64,000 nucleotides of DNA, from positions 6,240 through 70,239 of the forward strand of contig JBGPHE010000001.1 in the NCBI GenBank assembly GCA_041484255.1, read 5' to 3'. Made by a program: the position numbers and the translations under genes. This DNA is from Candidatus Nanoarchaeia archaeon. GTDB lineage: Archaea; Nanobdellota; Nanobdellia; Woesearchaeales; ARS49. Positions 51,701-56,900 of this stretch are shown here, piece after piece (positions within the stretch are counted from its first letter, which is position 1; every line of letters starts with the position of its first letter). The notes beneath the pieces are model-generated. The model was not told where the DNA came from and did not search any database. It saw only the letters and a list, made by a program, of their open reading frames with translations.

Positions 51701-53535
51701 ATGTCTCAATCACGAAGACGGACACGCCTGACCCCGTCAACACCAGCCAAAACCTGACGTATCAAATTAACGTGACGAGCACGGGCAACGGCACGGCGTT
51801 CAATGTGACCGTGAACGACACGTATCCGAATGAAGTCATCTTCCTGACTGCCCAGCCGTCGCCGAGCGTTGGCAACAACACGTTCACCCTGGGCAATTTG
51901 ACGCCGGGAACGGTCCGCAGCATCAACATCACCCTGCTGGTGCTCAACATCAGCAACAGCACGCTCATCAACAACACTGCGAATGTGACCTTCCAGAACG
52001 AATCCAGCGGATTGTTCAGCAGAATCGCGAACACCAGCACGACAGTGCAGAACATCACCATCATCCCGCTGTTCAACCTGAGCAATGTCAGCATTACGAA
52101 GACTGACTCACCAGACCCTGTGAACACGAGCCAGAACCTCACTTACCAGATCAACATCACGACCTCAGGCAATGGCACGTCGTTCAATATCACTGTCAAT
52201 GACACCTACCCCAACGAAGTCATTTTTGTGAGCGCACAGCCGTCGCCGACCGTCGGCAACAACACATTCCTGCTCGGCAACCTGACTGCGGGAATCACAC
52301 GCAGCATCAACATCACTGTGATGGTGCTGAATATCAGCAACAGCACCGTCATCAACAACACCGCAAATGTGACCTTCCAGAACGAGACGAGCGGATTGTT
52401 CAGCAGAATCGCGACCGCGAGCACGACGGTGCAGAACTTCAGCATCTTCCAGCTCTTCAACACAAGCAACATCAACATCACCAAGACCGACACACCCGAC
52501 CCGGTTGAGAACGGCACGCAACTGAACTACACCATTGTCGTCAATGTCACGGGCAATGGCACGTCGTTCAATACGACAGTGGTAGACACCTATCCTAATG
52601 AAATTGTCTTCACCAGCGCTCAGCCCACGCCGAGTTCAGGTAATAACACGTTCATCCTGGGCAATTTGACGCCAGGAACAGTCATCCGCATCAACATCAC
52701 GGTGAATGTGATGCAAGTAGTCAACGGAACAGTCATCAACAACACTGCGAATGTCACATTCCAGAACGAATCCAGCGGACTGTTCAGCAGGATTGCGAAC
52801 ACGAGCACAACCGTGCAGAACGTAAGCCCTGCGCCAGTGCAGAACATCCAGGTCGGAGGCGGCGGCTACCGCACGCCTACAATTGGCGGAGTGATCCCTG
52901 CGCAGCCAGTACCACCCGCAGTACCTCCTGCAGTTCAGTCGCCGCAGGCCTGCATTGAGAACTGGGTGTGCGAAGGCTGGGGACCGTGCACGGACGGCAA
53001 GCAGACGCGCCTGTGCGAAGACCAGAGCTCCTGCGGAACCGTAGCGCGCAAGCCTTCAACAGAGTTTGACTGCGGTGAAACGCCGCAGCCGGCTTCAGTT
53101 GCTGTAGAAACGCCAGCAGAAGTGCCTGCTTCCGAGCAGCCGATCTCGCTGCCGACAGTCGCAGGCACAAGTCAGGCAATAACGCAGCGTTTGCAGTCAG
53201 TCAGCGCGCTGCCGTGGACGTGGATACTCATCGGTTTCATTGTCCTAGGCGTGCTTGTCACGCTGGGCTTCTCCTATCCGCGCGGACGAAGCGACGAGCC
53301 GCCGCAAATGCCCAAGCCAGTGATGGAAGTGCGCGCTCCGCCGCGTCGGGAAGCGCCAAAAGCGCAGCCAAAGCCTGTTGAAAAGCCCTTGCCGAAGCTT
53401 CCCGTCATCGCGCCTGCCAAGATGGACCACGAACAGCTCCACGAGACTGACGTGCAGGCCAAGCAGCGCATGAAGGAGCTCGACGAGCGCCTGAAGAAGC
53501 TCGAACGCACGCTCAGCAGGCACAGAAAGCGCTGA
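36739..53535 (+). CDS. Surface protein 3 (~5598 aa): cadherin/Ig-like N-domain, beta-helices, 5 Gly-rich repeats, 4 LamG units, 10 DUF11-like, 3 HFT modules, TSP1-like, TM
   Basis: 16.8-kb open frame; LamG-type WYHIV/WHNVV...DEVRVYNR motifs; exact start (36736/36739/36748) uncertain. Confidence 0.9.
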   Translation: MGDMGRNRRGVVSERTLIGIVLLAGLLGIGVMLWATGIVSFAQQHGVTGSAVASITGLAADDLETQPSFTATPAPNTAPIYRGPASFSTPQDTALTIDLSQYFSDAENDELTFIASSEDVIAVAIDGNALTLTPAAGFAGERSLTVIASDGVNLARTPVKIVVEGTQATPPAPQQEAPAPVEQPPATNESAANETPFNTQEEEFTNPVFNTQVTSISACTNISTPGEYALSTDLSRNITCIVIQTDNVSFSCAGHTITWDTQGLRNISGFTSFISAININKSGRTLFNVTVRDCRLIDGTVGGFNDHAIVLQDTNDSLIFNNTLVASGETSLGIEIVRTGNINISSNRINASSFGGAQAIANAIQFNLFSNNVSISDNDIRGFLSGSGIRTVGVMVDATSNPHDVEVVGNSITVNSTGGSATSTGMNGVTGFGTFLNATNNDVQAFGSGPSGVLANGAFFNRILARGSTAEGLRVGELADSNNITVNGSTTGALVGFNGNSTYSNNRLIATGSWIYTSLNGNTTFINTTFVNANGTLLFYNFYIDDVVIVQQSDLNTTINHAYVNSVDFPFLNTSAEIFLQGFNLTNNKPVVDYTDTNHFQGCPDTCTLLETGDNFIRFTVTHFTTYSSSDLVLLLEKSDSTDPVRIGSLFNYSVAVSVLNGNANNVTLTDLYPLEVVFNSSQPDPIDGTNDTFILGNLTENTTFIVNITVQSLTNDSGIVNVTNGTVINNTVNITFQNDTSDVFTLNDTEETTLVEATENFEPLSDCAVINTSSFLTTSVSGTGTCITIGNNSITLECAGNTITYATTGPGSAIFAEDKYNFTVRNCTLVLGDLNRLSLYDSPAINATNTTSGVNNRIDGSSFRLLNYFYQDGLPQQNCGDLSLNDSAFTGNATCTNITFVARARIRVNSTAVSNNSIAFITDNFLLGVRAFINANGTGYPGGADGNANGSGPGGGIDPVSINRGGGGAGHGGIGGQSNVPQGAGGRPYGSSLSPMTPGSGGATGDGGTHTGGNGGGAVSIFGQNVVLNGVISASAGNGSDGTNSGGGGSGGSILVVANTLFGNGSFTARGGFGGNDQSTGIQSGGSGSGGHIAVKFNTSTMNITSAHAPGAENVTALVNLGQPGTVGFLDMDDSILSITEGWRWSSEDAAVWNYTVINLTNAYTHTNESTVNITAVLIVLHNASISKENVTTGIDVNVSLTISAENFVMDPSEIDGAVINITAGNFTLGADSLINATGTGFEGGFNGNSNGSGPGGGIDPVNFNRGGGGAGHGGIGGQSNVVQGAGGRPYGSALNPFTFGSGGGTGESGNHPGGNGGGIVIISASHIILNGTINADGGNGSDGTNSGGGGSGGSINIITDALEGSGNLSARGGYGGWDQSTGIQAGGSGAGGHIIARFNASTFPVTNAHVEQTENVSGLGFFSQPGTLGFIDIDDDILTIVEGWRWTSEDTDVWNFTVINLSNAYTRTNESAVSVDALRFTLENSSITQENLTFGIHVNTTFSVNASVVLMNRSLIVNLTVVNITAADVTILEDAAINLTGTGFEGGFNGNSNGSGPGGGIDPVNFNRGGGGAGHGGIGGRSNVVQGAGGRPYGSSLNPLTLGSGGGTGENGNHPAGNGGGLAIISGTRVNISGTVSVDGGNGTDGTDSGGGGSGGSIFITADSFDGTGGLLSSGGFGGWDQSTGIQSGGSGAGGHIIAQFNTSTFPIANAHVTGTENVSALVFYSQPGTLGFIDIDDDTLTISEGWRWTSEDTDVWNFTVINVTDAFTRSNDSSVTISSGTLTFTNASFTQENLTVDYQLNLTLSAAADTIALNNSLITNLTQVNLSAGNLSVQDDAVIAVVGTGFAGGAISQNGSGPGGGVINDGFTRGTGAAHGGKGGQPAGGIITVARGPYGSTLNPDTLGSGGSGSAQTPGGSGGGVIFISAARASINGTLNADGANGTDGSSVNTGGGGSGGSIAIVAGIFEGTGTITARGGNAGTSFFADASSGGAGGGRIIVRFNTSTFPVAQASVAGGQNGSGSSSTGEPGTLGFLDIDNDILTVVEGWRWQSDDKSIWNFTIINITDALTRANDTTLNFSVGTLVMSNATLRADNASGNITLFINISAANVSLLDGAFILLNGSGFMGGAISQNGSGPGGGVINDGFTRGTGASHAGKGGQAAAGIISVVRGPYGSSLNPDTLGSGGSGSAQTPGGSGGGTIAISAARVSVNGSIIADGVNGTSGSSVNTGGGGSGGSINIITGIFEGNGTLSARGGDAGVSFFADASSGGAGGGRIIVRFNTSAYFLSRAAVTGGENGSGSSYRGQPGTLGFYDVDDNVLTLQEGWRWEQEDEPMSFGNVTTNHTLIFSNATVLVTDTFRANRINWSADENQTTVFNTSRLIIGNSSVNATGRLVFIYSSQFNDSNTLYLQGANFSLENQTVARVSWTEFSANVGNISARTRLQTRRAFVNATGMQGMNTTANITFFGVNFGTPKAQVDLADTGTFVNCVPFINPFCTTQSYADNVFTFNTSHFTTYTVVEGGVSLALTKTDTPDPVFAGNTLSYAILLNLTAQDAFNVTLTDIYPNQTIFVSAEPSPISGTNNTFIVGNLTENDTFIINITVMVRSDTSNGIDINNTANISFQNSTGAMFTANVTESTHVVTSNRPVIAQVILNTTDVTLNDTNQNLTLFIINATDADDNTVWNITDFRRNNISIAVVNYAFETNISTVSASVRDYSTYSANGTLGTAGQNPTWNLSGPLGGAYYFDGNDFITAPATAPTLPLTFEFWVKPATSSPVGIFDTAPGSGGVLRNFPGGVIEWHGGDPTLALDVVGGNWYHIVLIFSFDGARHITYYRNGTFIATANGSASSGFAWTTMRLGDINNGGAGTYTGEMSEFRVYNRSLTASEIEQLYIEGVAGRHPQIITRGNTVAGDVWQACATPNDNNLTGSSGDGTTVCSNNVTINSVQTVAPVIAQVILNSTDPSKNDTSQNLTLFVINATSASNAAVRNITDFRRNNVSIAVVNMPFETNVTSVATGLIRDYGTWGNNGTLGGGTAANAPLWNNSGKVGGDYVFDGSNDFISLTEPPAGSTNLANGSVFAWIRTANAGASYRGIVIKQDAYGMFLLDNVFIIHDWNAAADRTTGINVADGEWHLVGFTFQSGVAGGTKLSIDGQINLTTTLTINSQSEGIVIGAGDNPGTLQFFGGQIDEVMVFNGTLTPTQISQLYQDGIQNKSLDVITADELAAGDVWQGCATPNDNISDGNTTCSNNVTILAVQNGTNVAPTIAQVILNTTNPLLNDTNQNLTVFIINATDANGDAVQNITDFRTNNFSIALLNMPFETNVSSVSARAIRDYSTDEANGTLGNGAAGQAPVWDTQCKVGGCYQFDGTDDYIDVGNESLFDIEFNQPFTLSSWINTTNSANDDFIIAKEENSGNFRGYYYLIDNGAGGVINCLIESSAANLIQVRGSTVVRDGSWHNVVCAYNGSGTAAGVTLYVDGNLESMTTVSDNLAGNTILNNVDVTIGSRASAGVPLQGRVDEAYIFNHSLSAAQVKQLYLDGNASKHVMTIVQPETQAGDIWQACATPNDNLTDGNTTCSNNVTIFAQQNSTYSPPTIAQVILNTTNVSLNDTNQNLTVFIINATSAQNYSVQNITDFRRNATSIAVINLPFETNVTNATLGNGIRDYSSFNNSGTLGGGTQANAPVWNATGQIGGYYDFDGTNDFIQFNDSPSLSIAGSALTMEAWVQTPESAPALFDRIVVKEVNTNADPFIRYALYRTGGTNTVKFGVSTGGAGTIGQVTSNFSIPLNTWFHMVGTYDGANLRLYLNGELNNTVANTGAIATSTTPLVIGGNTEISDEFFNGFIDEVRVYNRTLTPDQIRQDYQAGVAHHQPLIIASNETIAGDIWSACATPNDNISDGNTTCSNNVTITAVQNNTVFNLSNVTLTKLDSPDPVNASSNLSYTIIINATADSPANITLTDTYPAQVIFLDSQPSPLAGTNNTFIVGNLTENNTFIVNITVLVLNVTNGTVINNTANISFHNQTGSQVAVTATQSTTVLAAPNATFNSSNISVVKTDFPDPVENGSQLSYTIAVASNGNGTAYNVTVNDTYPPQVVFDSAQPSPLAGTNNTFILGNLTAGTNILINITVNVSGSVPNNTLINNTVNVTFQNETSDVLSRISTASTQVIVIISTLTGCPVTINETTTLTQRLQSNSSCITFGTDNISLDCSGFSIGGNYSGNGISATNRLNISIRNCFIENFTTNIILQGTNRSTVASNIARNSSQQSMEIQTSAHDSIENNTAQSRTNVGINVTTGINVTLANNNGTSVSGVGISIDTGSVNNTLTNNNGTSTSGQGIFLSSAFNNTLRNNKATTAGAPSALQLSSSNGNLLVNNSGIHTGSGAGIAISVSDYNVLVNNTGIGNQGIALGDINSDWNNFTNNIGQGTSLGASVSASQNNTFVNNTFATNTGTSITLAGLAGTAALNNTFTNTTLLTNGTWFSTNGDGLNNSFTNTVFVSFNGTIRILPTVQLPNATTVDVRQLNVSFNRAHLNSSNLSFLNTTGQITLTGAVSNQPLVDFEDDNTFTLCDASICTVQSFAGGALIFNVTHFTTYSSTAGNSNLTLTKTDSPDPVNASSNLSYQISVNVTSDSPSNITLTDQYPAQVIFLTAQPSPITGTNDTFIIGNLTNGSSFSVNITVLVLNVTNGTVINNTANISFQNASGVTFFATVTENTTVRAQVIQFNLTNVTLTKTDSPDPVNASGILNYTVTVNATADSPANITLTDQYPAQVIFLSAQPSPLAGTNNTFIVGNLTAGQAFIVNISVLVLNVTNGTIINNTANITFTNQTGSVLTLNATQSTTVLAAGNATFNNSNISVTKIDAPDPVNTSAQLNYTINVTSNGNGTSYNVTANDTYPAQVIFLSAQPTPLAGTNNTFILGNLTAGQSVLINVTVLVLNISNGTLINNTVNVTFQNETSAVLSRIASTSTLVINLTFTPLFNASNVSITKTDTPDPVNTSQNLTYQINVTSTGNGTAFNVTVNDTYPNEVIFLTAQPSPSVGNNTFTLGNLTPGTVRSINITLLVLNISNSTLINNTANVTFQNESSGLFSRIANTSTTVQNITIIPLFNLSNVSITKTDSPDPVNTSQNLTYQINITTSGNGTSFNITVNDTYPNEVIFVSAQPSPTVGNNTFLLGNLTAGITRSINITVMVLNISNSTVINNTANVTFQNETSGLFSRIATASTTVQNFSIFQLFNTSNINITKTDTPDPVENGTQLNYTIVVNVTGNGTSFNTTVVDTYPNEIVFTSAQPTPSSGNNTFILGNLTPGTVIRINITVNVMQVVNGTVINNTANVTFQNESSGLFSRIANTSTTVQNVSPAPVQNIQVGGGGYRTPTIGGVIPAQPVPPAVPPAVQSPQACIENWVCEGWGPCTDGKQTRLCEDQSSCGTVARKPSTEFDCGETPQPASVAVETPAEVPASEQPISLPTVAGTSQAITQRLQSVSALPWTWILIGFIVLGVLVTLGFSYPRGRSDEPPQMPKPVMEVRAPPRREAPKAQPKPVEKPLPKLPVIAPAKMDHEQLHETDVQAKQRMKELDERLKKLERTLSRHRKR
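39540..43740 (+). repeat. Five tandem Gly-rich intragenic repeats (about 0.85-0.9 kb period)
   Basis: Each has NGSGPGGG...G[HK]GG...PYGS...GSGG...GGGGSGGSI...PGTLGF.D.D...EGWRW; copies 1-3 and 4-5 form two subtypes. Confidence 0.9.
44686..48480 (+). repeat. Four tandem Ig-frame/LamG units
   Basis: Conserved IAQVILN...NDTNQNLT...RDYS before and AGD.W.ACATPNDN...CSNNVTI after a divergent LamG core. Confidence 0.88.
50550..52822 (+). repeat. Six tandem DUF11-like Ig repeats forming a membrane-proximal stalk
   Basis: TK.D.PDPV starts near 50565, 50944, 51325, 51712, 52096 and 52480. Confidence 0.88.
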
Positions 53536-53538
53536 TTC

Positions 53539-53571
53539 TGCCCGTATTCCCCCTATTATATAGTGCGGGCA
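53539..53571 (+). terminator. Stem-loop directly after the stop of surface protein 3
   Basis: TGCCCGTAT (53539-53547) pairs with GTGCGGGCA (53563-53571) using G:U; no U-tract, so function uncertain. Confidence 0.35.
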
Positions 53572-53585
53572 TTCATGAACAATCG

Positions 53586-53740
53586 TTCATATGAATAGCC
53601 AGATGGAAAAATTCTTAAACTAAACTCCACCTACGACGCGCGGGGTGAGTAAATTGAAGGGGATAGACCACTGTCTACGCTTTACTTCTTTTTGCTCCAC
53701 GATACGTTCATATGAATTTTCATATGAAAAATCATATTGA
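53586..53740. promoter_or_regulatory. Repeated palindrome TTCATATGAA (candidate operators) around a promoter-like GAAAAATTCTTAAA
   Basis: Perfect copies at 53586-53595, 53707-53716 and 53719-53728; degenerate ATCATATTGA at 53731-53740. Confidence 0.7.
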
Positions 53741-53785
53741 TTATGTAGGAAATCAGTCGTTTATCAAAAAAGGGGAGAATTAGGG

Positions 53786-53965
53786 GTGGGTTTAACCAGA
53801 AAGCTTCAGCGGACGAAGAAAGATCAGTATACGCTGACGATTCCAAAAGCATTAGTGGAACTGCTCAACCTCAAGGAGCAGGACGAGATCGAGTTTAACC
53901 TTGTTGACGGCAATATCACGCTGAAGAAGTCGGCGCGCAAGCGGGGTGAGAAGGATGCGAAGTAA
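53786..53965 (+). CDS. AbrB/MazE/SpoVT family DNA-binding protein, 59 aa (not in ORF track)
   Basis: Manual translation MGLTRKLQRTKKDQYTLTIPKALVELLNLKEQDEIEFNLVDGNITLKKSARKRGEKDAK; GTG start after GGGGAG. Confidence 0.85.
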   Translation: MGLTRKLQRTKKDQYTLTIPKALVELLNLKEQDEIEFNLVDGNITLKKSARKRGEKDAK

Positions 53966-56900
53966 GCGCGCAGCCCTCTCGGACAGGCTTCTTATCGGGC
54001 TTGTCCTCCTTGCAGGCGTTTTCGGCATCGCAGTGATGCTCTGGGGCACGGGAATCATTACCGCTCCGCAGTTCGGCAGCGGCGCAGTCACGGGAAGCGT
54101 CGTTGCAACGCCTGCAGCGTCGCCTATCACTGGAATGGACGCAGCAGCAGTCGTCAATGAAGCGCCAATCTATACAGGACCTGCAAGCTTCAGCACGCCG
54201 CAAGATACGGCGCTCACCATTGATTTGTCGCAGTACTTCTCTGACCCCGAGCACGATGAGCTTTCGTTCAGCGCGGCAGAGGAAGACCAGATTGCGGCCG
54301 CGGTTGACGGCAGCCTGCTCACGCTCACGCCCGCAGCAGGCTTCGCAGGCGAACGCACGCTCACTATTGTTGCGTCTGACGGCGTCAATGTCCTGCGCGC
54401 GCCGGTCAAGATTGTCGTGGAAGGCACGGCAGCGCCTGAACAGCCGCCCGCGCCTGCACCGAGCGCGCCGCAGCCAGAACCGCAGCCGCCTGCGCCAGTG
54501 ACGCAAAACGCGACACAGCCGCCTGAAATCACCACAAGCGACTTCACCAATCCAGGATTCACCTCGCAGGACGTCATCACGTCCTGCCCGGCGACGATGA
54601 ACACCAGCACGGTGCTGACGCAGAGCATTACGTCGACGACCACGTGCATCACGTTCGGCGCGGACAACATCGCGCTGGACTGCGCGGGATTCAATATCAC
54701 GTTCGGCACCGGCGGCGGCTCGGCAAACGGCATTGTCGCGCGCAATCGCACCAATGTCACAATCACCGGCTGCACCATCCGCGACACGAACGCGGCAGGA
54801 ACGTTCGGCATCGGCATCAACTTCACGAACGTCAACAACAGCCTTATCGTCAACACCAGCGTATTCACCAACGGCACCAACGACGACTACGGCATCTACT
54901 TTGTCTCGAACGACAGCAACAACACCGTCACCAATGTGAGCGTCTTCGCGCGCGGCACCTCCATCAACAACATCGGCATCTACTTCATCACCAACGCGAA
55001 CAACAATACCGTCGACAACAGCACCATCAGCGGGTTAAGCACGGCGAACGTCAACAACCACGGCGTCAGGATTGAGGCTGCCTCGTCCAACAACCTTTTC
55101 ACGAACAACACGGTCAGGACAAACGGAAGCAGCAGCGACTTCGGCTTCTACCTCTTCAACAACGTCACGCTGAACACTATCGCGAACAACAATATCACCG
55201 CGGACGGCACGAGCGGCACGAATATCGGCATCCGCCTGGAGGGCTCGGGCAACGGCGGCGTCAACAGCAATTTCATCGCGAACAACACGATCCAGACCTT
55301 CCCGCCCGGCGCGAGCAACAACTACGGCATCTACCTCTTCACGTCGGTCTCGAACAACATTGTCACGAACAATACCGTCCGGACGAACGGCACGTCGACG
55401 AATGTCGGCATCCGGCTCGAGAGCACGGCCAGCAACAACACGGTCGCGAACAACAACATCACGGTGCGCGGCACGGGCTCCAACAATAATGGCGTCCTCC
55501 TGACCACCACTGCGAACAACAACACCGTCGCCAACAACACGATTGACATGAGGGCGGGAACCACCACGAACGACGGCATCCTGCTGCAGACCACTGCCAA
55601 CAACAACACCATCAGCAATAACAGCATCATGATTGCGCAGATGTCGTCAACCGACAACCGCGGAATCGTATTGTTTAGCACCGCGTTCAACAACATCCTC
55701 GTCAACAACACCATCAACACGACGGGAACAATCAATAATTACGGCATCGTCCTGAGCACGAACGTCGGCAACACGACCATCGCGAACAACAGCATCCAGA
55801 CGAACGGCAGCAGCATCAATTACGGCATCTGGCTGACGGCGGTTTCAGACAATACCACCATCGCAAACAACCTCATCACGACCGCGGGAGCCGACAGCTA
55901 CGGCATCCGCCTGGACAACAGCCGCGGAAACAACATCACAGGCAACAACATCACCAGCGCGCAGTATGACGGCTTGTTCATCGAAGGAACCGACATCACG
56001 CACTTCACGAACAACACGATCACCAGCTCAAACACCATCAACGGCTCGCCCATCTTCTACTATGGCGGCGCGTACGACTCGCCGGCCTGCCCGAACAACC
56101 AGCTGCTGCCGGTTAACGGAACGGCATCGCACATTGACTTCCTGGGCTGCAACAACGTGACGCTGACCAATTACACTAGTATCGAGGTGCTCACGCTGGT
56201 GAACACCAGCAACATGACCATCACCCAAATCCAGCAGCGCAGCAGCAAGTACGGCATCCGCGTGTTCTTCACGACCGGCCCGAACAACATTTCATTCAGC
56301 AACATCACTGCGTCGAACACGACGGTCTCGGACAATTACGGAGTGTACCTGCTGGTCGCGGGCAACACGACCATCGCAAACAACAACGTCACGACCATAA
56401 GCGCTCTGGCGAACAACCACGGCATCTACCTGCTCACGAACGCGACCAACAATACGGTTGCGAACAACATCGTGAACACGACCGGCACGAGCAACAACAA
56501 CGGCATCCGCGTCGAAGGCAATGGCAACAACAACACCATCGTAAACAATACAGTCAGCACCAAGGGCTCGAGCACGAACAACTACGGCATCGTCCTGTTC
56601 AATACCGCGTCCGGCAACCTGGTGCTGAACAACACGGTCAGGGCGAACGGAAGCAGCAGCGATTACGGCATCTATGTCATCACTGCTGCGAGCAACAACA
56701 CGGTCGCGAACAACAGCATCACCACGGACGGCACGAGCGGCACGAACATCGGCATCCGCATTGAGGGCGCGAACAACGTTCCGGTCGTCAACAACCTCGT
56801 GGCGAACAACCTGATCCAGACCTTCCCACCGGGCGCGAACAGCAACTACGGAATCCAGCTGGTTACGGTCGTATCGAACAATATCATCACGAACAACACC

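Noticed and set aside
53645..53740. 31-aa GTG-started upstream ORF ending SYEFSYEKSY
   Set aside because: The peptide repeat is simply the translation of the 12-bp-phased DNA palindromes; no other coding evidence
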